A DNA stretch of 63,783 nucleotides, the filler included, from Octopus bimaculoides (taxonomy: Eukaryota): assembly GCF_001194135.2 (NCBI RefSeq). It is 7 parts of 7 records of this genome, joined end to end, with 100 filler letters (N's around TTAATTAATTAA, not from the genome) between each part and the next. Parts side by side here need not be neighbours in the genome. Positions count along the whole stretch, not along the records: positions 14,272 to 32,518 come from NC_068984.1; positions 32,619 to 44,826 come from NC_068999.1; 5 more parts are not named here. One strand, given 5' to 3'. Below the pieces are notes generated by a model. It ran no database searches. It worked only from the letters and a program-made list of their open reading frames with translations, and was not told where the DNA came from. This document shows positions 25,435 to 37,767 of the stretch, piece after piece. The position numbers were made by a program, and so were the translations under genes. Position 1 is the stretch's first letter. Each line of letters opens with the position of its first letter.

Positions 25435-26205
25435 GACTGCTTCATCTTGAGAGATGATAACCGTCCCATCAACACACACAGCACAATCCCTCCGTTGATG
25501 AGCCCTTAGATGACTTTTAGGACCAGCTGCCGACTGACAGGGTTTAAAACACAAGTGAGAAATATTATTCAAGTTTTTTGTATATCTTTGCCCTTTGGAA
25601 TCTGATTCTGAAGGAATGTCTTTGTGAACTAGCATATGTCTTATAAGTTTTTTAACATATGACACAAGTCGTAAGAGGTGTTTAGAATCCAAGATCATTA
25701 CCTATCTGGGCATTACTATTTTCATGTGATTTCATAAGGTTCATGTATTCTGCTTTTGACGACAGAACACGGTCACATATAATGCATACCCAAATTCACT
25801 GTTGGTTACTGTTCCAATTGTTCCTTTGCGACTGGCCCTTTTAAGTTCAGAGTGCTGAATATTCTTTTCCTTCTAAGCATTACGCATTACAACCAGTCCT
25901 AACAGCACCTCTCCACTTGTTCTGATCTAGAGCATCATTTTCTCAGTCTTCAGGTTTTCCTTCACAGTCTTTATACCTTTTCCATGGCTTATGTTGTGAT
26001 CGCTTAACAGAGTTGAGCTCACCATAAAAAGACGGTTTGGCAAACGCTTGGCTTTCATTCTAACATGTCCATCTCATTTGAGCCAAGATAACATGTTGTT
26101 CAATTGAGCTGCAACGTGCCATGCGCAACACCTCTGTATCTGGTATGAAACAGTCCCACCCTAAAGCTTCGGTCAAACCTAAGCAATAGTGGAAAGCTGA
26201 AACGC
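25435..26205 (-). mobile_element. Decayed RTE LINE 3' end with C-terminal zinc-finger remnants
   Basis: WDCFIPDTEVL..SIEQHVILAQMRW; FYGELNSVKRSQHKPWKRYKD; ICDRVLSSKAEY; CFKPCQSAAGPKSHLRAH; ends at (ATGT)n. Confidence 0.75.
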
Positions 26206-26364
26206 AAAGCTCAGTGCAATGTAATTAAATCAAACTCCTTGCTACTGGGTAATGAACATTTTAATTACATCTACCTTCGATGTTCTATCTGTATTATCTA
26301 TCAAGCAGTCACCAGTTTCCTCATTTAAAGAATAATGATTTCTAACGAAAGAAACACTCCTCAT

Positions 26365-26708
26365 ATTTTAGGCGGACGGGTAGATGACTTCCATCGGTCT
26401 TGAATCACCATGAGATTGTACTTAGAAAGTTCCCGTCCGAGGCACAATTTCGAGCAAGGTTTCTTGTGGAAGACCAGCCGTCGCTCATGCATTCGAGTTT
26501 CGCCTCTCCTACGCCATCGTTGTCAACCAAGGGAAAAGCAAAGGCCGACACAGCTTGGCACCAGTGACGTCGCAACGCATTTCTGCAGTTGAGTAAAATA
26601 GAGCAACGGGAAATAAAGTTTCCAGAACACAACAAATAGCCCGGTTAGGGAATCGGATTCCCCACCTCATGGTTGTGAGCCCGACGCTCCAACTACTGAG
26701 CTAGGAGG
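26365..26708 (-). mobile_element. tRNA-derived SINE (family E)
   Basis: Minus-strand head TAGCTCAGTAGTTGGAGCG..GAATCCGATTCCC followed by about 270 nt of non-tRNA body. Single copy in the window. Confidence 0.6.
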
Positions 26709-26810
26709 ACAGGAAATCAGTGGCATTACTTGACATTTATTTTATCGAAGGGCAATAAGCTGGCAGAATCGTTATCGCTTTGGTCAAAAGTCTTTTCTCC
26801 CAACACTTGT

Positions 26811-27195
26811 GGAGGCGCAATGGCCCAGTGGTTAGGGCAGCGGACTCGTGGTCATAGGATCGCGGTTTCGATTCCCAGACCGGGTGGTGTGAATGTTTAT
26901 TGAGCGAAAACACTTAAAGCTCCACGAGGCTCCGGCAGGGGATGGTGGCGAACCCTGCTGTACTCTTTCACCACAACTTTCTCTTACTCTTACTTCCTCT
27001 TTCTGTTATGCCTGTAATTCAAAGGGCCAGCCTTGTCACACTGTGTCACGCTGAATCTCCTCGAGAACTACGCTAAGGGTACACGTGTCTGTGGAGTGCT
27101 CAGCCACTTGCACATTAATTTCACGAGTAGGCTGTTCCGTTGATCGGAACAACTGGAACCCTCGACGTCGTAAGCGAGGGAGTGCCAACAACAAC
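26811..27195 (+). mobile_element. SINE family A copy
   Basis: GGAGGCGCAATGGCCCAGTGGTTAGGG..GGTTTCGATTCCC head and (CAA)n tail. Confidence 0.9.
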
Positions 27196-27764
27196 ATTTT
27201 ATCGAAAGCGGAAGCATGAGAGGTAAAATCAAACTTTGAGATTGAAACTCATAACAAATGCAAAGCATTTTCTGGGCATTTGGCAATCCACTGTCCTTCA
27301 TGATAGAAGATTAATGTCGTTTATGCAATTTCAATTTTCCAGTCTGTATTGCTTTGTAAATACCAGCTTCTAACCAATTTTTAAAATATTAAATTAAAAT
27401 AAATAAATCATATCATCACAGCTTCTTTTATTTTGTATCAACTTTTCAAAGAAATTGTGTTTCACAATTGATAACGCAATATTCGTAACAACTAAAGAAA
27501 GTATGAAAACGAACGTTTTCACGTGTTTTTGGATGAGTAGATGAATATATGCTTTAATATATATTCTTGCTTATGTATTGTCGCGCTGCTTTACTTCGCC
27601 AATCATTTGTAAGATCAGCACGTCAGCTTCTAATAAGTACATTGATTTCATATGAATACTTCATATATTATATCATATTGTGTTATATTATATATAAAAT
27701 TCGAATTAATTATTTCTCATATAACCACATGATTTCGAACATTATGTTTTTTTCATCATTCCAG

Positions 27765-27861
27765 GGTGACGAAATGACTACATCTCACCAGAGGTTTTTA
27801 CTGGAAAAAGCTAAACGGGAATGTTACAAACGAATGGATCAGGCCCCAAGCAATAATTCAA
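27765..27861 (+). CDS. Candidate exon encoding the N-terminal helix of a class B (secretin-family; PTH/calcitonin-receptor-like) GPCR: GDEMTTSHQRFLLEKAKRECYKRMDQAPSNNS
   Basis: tttttttcatcattccAG acceptor and A|GTCAGT donor; phase 0 to 1. Resembles PTH1R [20 protein letters not shown] and calcitonin receptor AQYKCYDRMQQLP. The following C-x3-WD-x3-CW exon was not found in the window. Confidence 0.55.
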
Positions 27862-28429
27862 GTCAGTAAATATTTAGATTTGACATGTTTTGGATTACAT
27901 TGCCTTGCATATTCAGAAATTAAAAAATCTTTTATCATTTAAAATATGTCTTTCCGAATGTATTTTTAGTATTACTAAAATGTCCATATGTGGTTTATGT
28001 TTTTTTTCTGTTAGTAGTCATCCGTTCTTCCGTTTACGGTTACATACCAAGTTTCTCGTACAATCCTCTAAGTCCTACTTTAGTTGATACAACTCATTTA
28101 CAATGGTTTCTGAAAATTGATTGCATTTACTATATTGTCGATTAGGCGACGTCCTTATATGTATGTATAAAATGGAACAAATGTGTAATAGAGGACAATA
28201 AAACATTCAGACAGATAGACGCTACAAAGGCGGACAGGAGAAACAACAAATAGGACAGGAAAAAAAAGACGGATCATTCATGGCCTTCTTTGCTCAGTCA
28301 AGTATACCAGACGTCCTTACTGTTCGATCTGGTTGCCCCACCAAAAAGTCTAAGCTAAGAGCATTAGACTTTGTTGTAAGAAAGCTAGCGACTATGTACA
28401 AGAACAAAGACAAAAACGGAGGACATGGT

Positions 28430-28466
<37 letters not shown>

Positions 28467-28600
28467 CATACATTATATATACATATATATACATACATTA
28501 TATATACATATATATATATGCATGTGTGTGAGTACATGTGCTCATATATATATACTTGCACATATACATATGCATGAATGATTATACAAATTCCGATATA

Positions 28601-28689
<89 letters not shown>

Positions 28690-29074
28690 CACGCACATAC
28701 AAACACACACACATACACGCACACATACAGTTATGCGAAAAATAATAAGACAGAGCTGAAATTGTGCGAAATACATTTATTTGATATTCATATATAAGGA
28801 AGTAATAGAACAAAAATCTCTAAATATTGCAAACATTTTCTTATGACAGTTTCATTATAGAAGTATTACTTTACATTATCCCAGGGTGATATAAAAGAAT
28901 CAAAGTATTGAAAGGTTCTTGTATCAAAGGAGTTTTCCTGAATAAATGTTAGTGCATTTTGTCGCCCAAAAGGGTTTTGCATTAGAAATATCTTAATAAG
29001 AGAAATCATATTTACTGACTGGGACTAAATTCTCAGCATTTTAGTATTTCCTAGACATTCTTCACCATCTTACT

Positions 29075-29307
29075 CTTTACTTGTTTCAGTCATTTGACTG
29101 TGGCCATGCTGGAGCACCGCCTTTAGTCGAGCAAATCGACCCCAGGACTTATTCTTTGGAAGCCTAATACTTATTCTATCGATCTCTTTTGCCAAACCAT
29201 TAAGTTACGGGGACGTAAACACACCAGCATCGGTTGTCAAGCGATGTTGGGGGGACAAACACAGACACACACATATATACATATATATATATATATANNN
29301 NNNNNNN

Positions 29308-29348
<41 letters not shown>

Positions 29349-29515
29349 TACGACGGGCTTCTTTCAGTTTCCGTCTACCAAATCCACTCACAAGGCTTTG
29401 GTCGGCCCGAGGCTATAGTAGAAGACACTTGCCCAAGGTGCCACGCAGTGGGACTGAACCCAGAACCATGTGGTTGGTAAGCAAGCTACTTACCACACAG
29501 CCACTCCCGCGCCTA
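29075..29515 (-). mobile_element. Full bipartite SINE family B copy with internal (TA)n
   Basis: Head at 29345-29515 and tail at 29075-29270; CpGs retained. Confidence 0.85.
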
Positions 29516-30102
29516 GACAATTATTAATTTTTATGGACCATTTGCTTATTTTGCACTTCCTTTGGTAATATCTTTATCGTTTTTTTTTCCATCTCACCAC
29601 AGATTTCAAGATTTTTTTCTTTCATTTACTAGTTTTTATTCAAAATTACCCTATTTGTTTTCCAGCTGCACGCCAAGGAATATTTTCTCAATCCCATGTG
29701 CGTTTTGTTATACACTTGCATACTCCTTCTAACTTACTATTGTCATCTCATATTCATCATCAGTACCTTTCTATCACAACATTCGCTTCGGTCACACTTC
29801 CTCACATTTACGCGTTAACACTACCAGAAAACAATTATATACACACCAGCAACCTCACTCCTACTAACAAACACCACTATGCTTCCACACAAGCTATTCA
29901 ATTCAGTATCTTTCGGTCTTCCTTCTCACCTTTCAATATTGCATCAAATAACAGAATTCAATATTATATAGCATTTCACTATGAAATAAAAAAGATTTAA
30001 GCAAAATGTTTCTAAATGAAAGAAAGAAAGCATGTGAGAAATGAAATTCGTTATGCACTCAAACATTTGGTGTTAGAAATCACAATTTTCGCATCTGCAC
30101 CA

Positions 30103-30222
30103 TAACCCTAACTCTAAATCTTATATTTTACCTCTAACCCTTAACCCCTAACCCTAATCCTTACATTTGATCCTAACCCTAACCTTAAACAGTAAACCTA
30201 AACTCTAAATCCTAACCTTAAG
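30103..30222. repeat. Degenerate (CCCTAA)-like tract
   Basis: taaccctaa, aacccttaacccctaaccctaatcc, cctaaccctaacc variants; interstitial and imperfect. Confidence 0.7.
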
Positions 30223-30841
30223 GTTTGCACTGATTGAAACATCTGCATATGGAAATGCCGAAAGAGTCGTCCGATTTATCGACAACAGAGTAATCCGATT
30301 GGCTAAAATTTCAAATGTTAAATGCTTGTGAAATTTTTATTAATAGTTTCAGTCAAAAATGTATGAGATTATCTTTATTAGCGTGCACAACTGCATCAGT
30401 GTTCACAATTTAATCGATTGTGCGAATGAAACCTCAGAGTCTCACATACAAACATCACACTACCACACACATACACACACACACACACTCGCAAACACAC
30501 CACAGTCAATACACCCTTAAATTATGGCCACTTTTAGGCACAAATACACTTTGATACATACATCTACAATTCCGCTGCTTCTCTTCTTAAACCCGCCCCA
30601 TAGAAGAATATTCACACCTATTGTGTCCGTCTTCTTTTTTTGTATACTAACTATTTCTCTTCGACACTCCCGCTATGCTCTTCTGTTTTCTGCTCATGAA
30701 GGAATAATGGGAATATTGGGAATATCTCTTTCTTGGTTGAAGCATTAAACTAGTACTATCGGCATGAGGATTTGTACTTCGTACTTTGTCCTTTCTATAT
30801 GCTTATTGTCTTTATACAATATATATATAAAATACACACAC

Positions 30842-30937
<96 letters not shown>

Positions 30938-31319
30938 NNNNNNNNNNNNNNNNNNNNNNNNNNNNNNNNNNNNNNNNNNNNNNNNNNNNNNNNNNNNNNN
31001 NNNNNNNNNNNNNNNNNNNNNNNNNNNNNNNNNNNNNNNNNNNNNNNNNNNNNNNNNNNNNNNNNNNNNNNNNNNNNNNNNNNNNNNNNNNNNNNNNNNN
31101 NNNNNNNNNNNNNNNNNNNNNNNNNNNNNNNNNNNNNNNNNNNNNNNNNNNNNNNNNNNNNNNNNNNNNNNNNNNNNNNNNNNNNNNNNNNNNNNNNNNN
31201 NNNNNNNNNNNNNNNNNNNNNNNNNNNNNNNNNNNNNNNNNNNNNNNNNNNNNNNNNNNNNNNNNNNNNNNNNNNNNNNNNNNNNNNNNNNNNNNNNNNN
31301 NNNNNNNNNNNNNNATATA

Positions 31320-31600
31320 TAGTAAGAAAAGGGCGGAAGAGAATTTCGATTCTCTCGAATTCACTTTTGGATACCTAGTGAACATAAATAGATTTTGTAC
31401 AATAGTGTTTTATGTTTCATTGTTTCTAGGGATGTGAGTCGATATATACGGTAGTATTTTGAGATGAAGGTGGTATTTCGTTTTGTTTCCCTTAGTGTTG
31501 TAATGCCCATTTTGTTGACACGTTTAATTCCATTATCTATAAATGAGAGTGGATAGTGTCACTCAGTTAGTGTTGTTCTGAGGTCTTGAAGACGGAATAA
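31320..31600 (-). mobile_element. Penelope-like element RT-thumb/linker fragment
   Basis: IDNGIKRV...ILPYISTHIPRN resembles the PLE PY(I/V)STHNP motif. Confidence 0.45.
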
Positions 31601-32159
31601 TAATTATCACCAATTATCTCACCTTAAAGTTTTCTACTTCTATATTCATTCACAAACTTTCATACAAGAACAAGGACAGAAAACGTCTGAAGAAAATACA
31701 AAATCACAATAACTTCAATATCATTATTAGCGAAAGCGAAACCGGTCGACAACCACAGTTCTCCTTCATTTAAAATTGATTAAAACTATGTAAACTGTGT
31801 GCATTTTCCTTCTGTTATATATATATATATATATAACTGCAGCGTGGAAGGTGTTTATAAGCCATTTAAAAATACATAAATTCCGTGCAGCACGGAATTT
31901 TATCAATGAACAGGTCACGGTCGCAAAACGATGAAAATATTTCGTCAAATAAAATTTAAATGTTGAAGAGAACCTAACGGTTTTTGTGCGCTTTTAAATG
32001 GCTTATAAACACTTTCAGCGCTGCAATTGCTTATGTTTCAGCAAGTGATCCCACATCAGGTCACTTACTATACATACATACATATATACATATATACATG
32101 GAAATATATGTATTCGTAGATGTATAAATATTTGCATATATGCATACATTTATATATGT

Positions 32160-32245
32160 ACTAGCAGAAACACCCGGCGTTGCCCGGGTTAAAGAGAATA
32201 ATGAAATCTAAAAACGCCGTCTAGACTACGCAACCCTCAACTGTT
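32160..32245 (+). mobile_element. Helentron/DINE-1-like non-autonomous element 5' end
   Basis: ACTAGCAG..ACCCGGCGTTGCCCGGGT: ACTAG start followed by a GC-rich hairpin. Confidence 0.55.
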
Positions 32246-32619
32246 AGTAGCTACGATACCATATTTCTACATTAATAACTCTCCAATCCATGCCAGCATG
32301 GAAAATAGATATTAAGTGGAATGCTAGAAGAAAGTTTTCAACTCATATGTATATAAAGTAAATACACGTAATTCAGAAACACGTTTTTGTGTATCTTATT
32401 TCGTAACCAAACAAACAGGTACAGATTATAAATAATGAAAGGCCAATTTTGGTGATTCATTTGACAGAGGTAGTAGAGAGACAATGCGATGATAAATCTG
32501 AGGTTGGATCTTGAAAGTNNNNNNNNNNNNNNNNNNNNNNNNNNNNNNNNNNNNNNNNNNNNTTAATTAATTAANNNNNNNNNNNNNNNNNNNNNNNNNN
32601 NNNNNNNNNNNNNNNNNNC

Positions 32620-32905
32620 TTTTGTCTAATAGCCCCGTCTACATCCTTGTTCCACCACCACGTTACTCTGGGTTGAGAGGGGACTTTACACCAGCCACAG
32701 ATCTGGCCTGTGGCTCTCAACAGGTTGTCCCGCAGAAATCTCCAATTGTCTTCCACGTTGTATGATGCTATATCCCCTTCTATTTCGTCAAATGCTTCAA
32801 GTAACTTGTCTCTAAGTCTCTGTCCATTTGCAGGGTCTTTAAGTTTCCATACCTTTCTCCTCCAAGCCGGTCTATTTCTGGGCACCCATATTGCCTTGAT
32901 CTCGA
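32620..32905 (-). mobile_element. RTE LINE fragment (downstream of endonuclease)
   Basis: RRKVWKLKDPANGQRLRDKL...VEDNWRFLRDNLLRATGQICGWCK...TWWWNKDVDGAIRQK. Confidence 0.8.
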
Positions 32906-34849
32906 AGTCGCTAACTACTAATCTGTGTTGGGGTGTAAGCTTGGCAACGAATATTCAAATTTGTGATATTAAGTTATAACATATGCTTTGAAACTGCCTT
33001 TCTATCAATATATATATTAACAGAGAAATTTATAAAAAATTTTCAGAGTGTCAAACCTATAAAAACTCATTAAAAACTATCTTGTACTGATTATTTAAAG
33101 TTGTAAACTTGAAATATTCAATAATAAAAAGAAGTTCAGAAATAAATTTTCCTGAAAACTTCAATTTATAAAAAATCTCACTTGCTTAGTAAATATTTCT
33201 TTCAGTCATTTATCATAGTTGTAATATAGATCTCTAATTTAAACAAACTTTAAGGTAATCTAACTTTGGTTAGCATGCTAGAAATAGCAATGATCACATA
33301 GTTATCATTGTAAGGCTTATAGTGTTCCAAACAGCCATACCAACAAAATCACTCCTTAATTTTTTTTTGTAAGATTATACTGGTATATTAAAAATTTTCA
33401 TTTTAACAAAAATATTCATTTAACAAACTCTGGAAACTGATATTCTTGAAATTGTGTCTCATATAAACCTCAAAGTTATGCAGCTATTTTGTCTAATAGC
33501 ATTCATTCATTTAATAAATATTGTTTTTACATTATGTATATAGAATAAACTGTGGGTTTTGCAAATAGCAAATTAAAACTTGAAATGAAAGCATTGAAAT
33601 GAATATATATTAAACTATCCTTAATGTCAATAGAGGCAAGAGAGAGTGAGAGACTGTTGCAAATGAATAATATAGTTTATTAAACATTAAAATCTACTCT
33701 GCAGTGAATGTAGCAAATATTTAAATTTGTGAAAAACTTGTAGGTCAAATATTCAATAAGCTTCAGAAATTGAAATTACAGGAAATTTCTTGGAAAATGA
33801 TTTTATAAAAAGATTTCCAGATGGTCAAGCCTTTAACAATTGCTTTCCTTTCGTAACTGTTACATACCTAATTAATAAGCAGCTTTCTCCATTATAGTAT
33901 AGATAAACTGTCCATTGTTTTTCTGGAGAGTGCAGTAGCTAATACTTCTTCATTTTAATACTTCTTGATATATTTACTAGGTGGTGAACTGGCAGAACCG
34001 TTAGCATGCTTGGCAAAATGCTTAGCAGCATTCTGTCCATCTTTATGCTGTGAGTTTAAATTCTGCTAAGGTTGACTTTGCCTTTCACCTTTTCAGGGTT
34101 GATAAAATCAGCACCAGTTGAATACTGGGGTTGATGTAATTGACCTATCTCTTCCCCTGAAACTGCTGGCCTTGTGCCAAAATTTGAAATCAATATTTCT
34201 TGATTTAATTATGTTACATTTTCATCTTTAAGAATAAACATGAAATCTGCAGTTTACAATGGTTTCTACCATGCTGGGGCATCACTTCTATTTTCTGCTA
34301 CTAAAAACATGTTTGACAATGAAGAAATAGGGAAATTTTTTTCTTTCGTCTGATTTATCCTGATATTTTACACTGCCACCTAATAGAAATTTAGAGCTGC
34401 AAAAAAAAAAAAAAAAGAAAAAGAAGATCCATACACATCAATACCATTATCATCATAATTTCTTTCTCTCTTATCATCATCGTCATCATTATCGTCAATA
34501 TCATCATCATTTATATTGTAAAATTTTTTTTACGTATATTGTAAAAATGCATATTTCTGGATTTATAATTGATATAGCAAATTTTCTAAATAAAAATAAA
34601 TATTCCAAATCTAAAAATATCTATTTTTGGATGGATTTTTTTTTTCTCGTTTTCTCCAATTTATACCTGATGTTGTATAGCATTTCAGAGATTTCTTTAT
34701 TTTTCCATTTTTTCCCCCAACATACAATAATCTAATTTTTTCTGTCAACAACTTCTCAATACATTTCATAACTTTCCTCAAAGAGATTAAACAGAAAAAG
34801 TAATTTTAAAGTTTTGTAAAATAGCATTTTCTGTTTTTTTAATTTGCAG

Positions 34850-34910
34850 GGTGGCTTGCATCCAGATGGACCACTTTGTAATTTTCAAGGATTTTGGCTG
34901 ACATATTTTG
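34850..34910 (+). CDS. Internal exon of a cAMP-receptor-like (CrlA/GPR157-type, Dicty_CAR-like) 7TM GPCR: GGLHPDGPLCNFQGFWLTYF
   Basis: Pyrimidine tract ttttctgtttttttaatttgcAG acceptor and G|GTAAGA donor; 61 nt, phase 0 to 1. The peptide matches the ECL1/TM3 C-x-FQ-x-(W/F)-x-TYF pattern of cAMP-receptor-like GPCRs and splices in frame to 37680. Confidence 0.8.
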
Positions 34911-36309
34911 GTAAGATTTCTTCTTTTTTAATAAAGCAAGGAAACTTAAGTTTTGTATATCTTATGTATCATCATCATCAGCAGCAGCAACAGCATCATC
35001 ATCACCGTCCTCATCACCACCACCACAATCATCATCATCATCGTCACCACCTCTACTACCACTGTCATCATCATTATGAGCAGCATCATGATCATCATCA
35101 TTTAGCATGCATGGGGTGAATGGTTAGAAAGGATTTGATAGTTCCAAAGACTGCATCATGCTCTGCTGCCTACTTTTGCATGGATTGTATGACTCTATGC
35201 ACCTCCTAATGATAACCACTTTACAATATATACTGGATGCTTTTTATGGGCAATCAGCACTAGTGGGGTCACCATGCAGCTTGCAAAATACAAAATCCAA
35301 GAGAGGTGGCTTATACTGGAGATGAGGAATTAAAGTATGAGAGAAGGGCCAGAGCAGAACATGTTTCTTACTGTAGAGGAGCCACATGGCTACTCTCATT
35401 CTAGAAGAGAGAGTGGAGGGTAGTCAGAGTGGAGCAGAGAATAGATAAAAATAACGGTAGTGAAGCATCTGTGTGGACCCTTTAGATATGGTAGTTTCCT
35501 TCCTTCTTGAGTCAAGCTGACTAATAAGGGTCAGTTTCCCAGTTTCCATTGCATATATATATATATCATCATCATCATCATCTTCGTTTAACGTCCGCTT
35601 TCCATGATAGCATGGGTTGGACGATTTGACTGAGTACTGGTGAACCAGGTGGCTACACCATGCTCCAATCTGATTTGGCAGAGTTTCTACAGCTGGATGC
35701 CCTTTCTAACGCCAACCACTCAGAGAGTGTAGTGGGTGCTTTTACGTGTCACCCACACGAAGGCCAGTCAGGCGGTACTGGCAACGACCATGCTCAAAAT
35801 GGTGCAATTTATGTGCCACCCGCACAAGAGCCAGTCCAGGAGCACTGGCAACGATCTCGCTNNNNNNNNNNNNNNNNNNNNNNNNNNNNNNNNNNNNNNN
35901 NNNNNNNNNNNNNNNNNNNNNNNNNNNNNNNNNNNNNNNNNNNNNNNNNNNNNNNNNNNNNNNNNNNNNNNNNNNNNNNNNNNNNNNNNNNNNNNNNNNN
36001 NNNNNNNNNNNNNNNNNNNNNNNNNNNNNNNNNNNNNNNNNNNNNNNNNNNNNNNNNNNNNNNNNNNNNNNNNNNNNNNNNNNNNNNNNNNNNNNNNNNN
36101 NNNNNNNCAAAATGGTGCATTTCATGTGTCACCCGCACATGAGCCAGTCCAGGGGCACTGGCAACAATCTCGCTCGAAAAATTTCATGTGTCACCCGCAC
36201 ATGAGCCAGTCCGGGGGCACCGGCAACGATCTCGCTCGAGAATCCTATGACGGCCCCGCACAAGAGCCAGTTCAGGGGGTGTATATATATATATATATAT
36301 ATATATATT

Positions 36310-36497
36310 CCTCCCCTGGACAGGATGCCAGTCCATTTCAGAGTTACTCATTTTTGCCAGCTGAGTAGACTGGAGTAACATGAAATGAAGTGTTTTGCTC
36401 AAGAACACAATGAGTCGCCCAGTCAAAGATTCAAAACCACAATCTTATGATCATGAATCCAATACCCCTAACCACTAAGCTACACACCTCCACAAGG
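36310..36497 (-). mobile_element. tRNA-derived SINE family D (partial)
   Basis: Matches the fuller copy at 60941-61188. Confidence 0.7.
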
Positions 36498-37679
36498 TAA
36501 GAGGTGAATAGAAATGAATGGAGGCAGAAAAATTGGGATTGTGGGTGGTGGTCACTAGAGTGTATATGAAAGTGGGAGATGGGGATCGGGTAAGGCAGTG
36601 AAAATAGTGAGTGAAGAACAAGTATTGAATGGTTGATAAGTAGGGAAGGAGGAAAAAGTAGGTAGAGCTTAATTGAGGGATGGATGTAGTAAATGGTGGA
36701 TAATGGGTGGGTAGTGACCGACGGCATTGGGGATGAAGAGTAGCAGAACAGTGGTGATGATACAATCAACAGGAAAATATTAGGAAGAAAAGGAGAGAAA
36801 GAAATGGATAGTATGCAAGGATAGGGGAAGAGGTAGGTGTAGTGCATGGGAGATTGAGAGATGTATGGTGATGGAGAAGGGGTGATAATTAGGTAGCTCA
36901 GGAGGGTGATCAATGTAAAATGTGGGTGGAGAGGACAGTATTAAAAAATGAGGAATAGATATCTAGTGAAATAGTTTTGAGTAGTGAGAAAAATAAGTAG
37001 CATGAATGAAAAGCTGCAGTGCTTTGTGGGGGAAATTTGGCAAAGGGCCTGGTTGTGCATATATTTATGCATGCATACAGGACTTCGAGAAATTAGTTTT
37101 GCCAAGTTGGGCAGGTATTTTTGGAAACTATATATTGCCTGTTACCCTAGTCCTTTCAACCTTCACCACTTATCTTAGGTTTCCTTCATTTTTCGTCTTC
37201 TGCAAGTTCAGTCTGCATTAAGTGATTGGCACCCCTTTATCCATCTACCAAATCCACTCACAAGGCTTTGATCAGTCTGGGGCTATAGTAGAAGACACTC
37301 ACCCAAGGTGCCATATAATGAAACTGAGCCTGGAATCATGTGGTTTGGAAGCAAACCTCTTACTACACAGCCATGTCTGTTTATATGTATAAACACACAC
37401 ACACACACGTTTTTTGACATTGAACAAATTGGAAAGGGTCTTAGTTATCAAATGATTTTTAGATTATATCTAATTTCTCTATGACACTCTTAAATTATGA
37501 ATATAAAATATATATTGTATTGAAAAGCATTTTAAATATAATTAGATACAAGGAATTAGTATTTAGTCAGCATCAGTTAGGGAATAAAAGACCATTATAA
37601 TTCCCAAAACAGCTATTTTTCTTCTTTCACTTCATATTATTTATCATTCATTCAATTATCTTATTCTATTTTACTACAG

Positions 37680-37767
37680 ACTGGACAGTATTGTTATGGG
37701 TGAGCTGTATAACTTTCAATTTATATATGAATGTGGTTCGAGCAACAGAAACTGAAAAGTTTGAATG
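37680..37767 (+). CDS. Next exon of the same GPCR: (D)WTVLLWVSCITFNLYMNVVRATETEKFE(W)
   Basis: ttctattttactacAG acceptor and TG|GTAAGT donor; 88 nt, phase 1 to 2. G+AC gives Asp across the junction. Joined peptide LCNFQGFWLTYFDWTVLLWVSCITFNLYMNVV is a typical TM3 of this family. Confidence 0.8.

Noticed and set aside
26811-26885. tRNA genes at SINE heads (also 7520-7593, 18605-18676, 26640-26708, 61115-61188)
   Set aside because: No complete cloverleaf or acceptor stem, and they continue into repeated SINE bodies.
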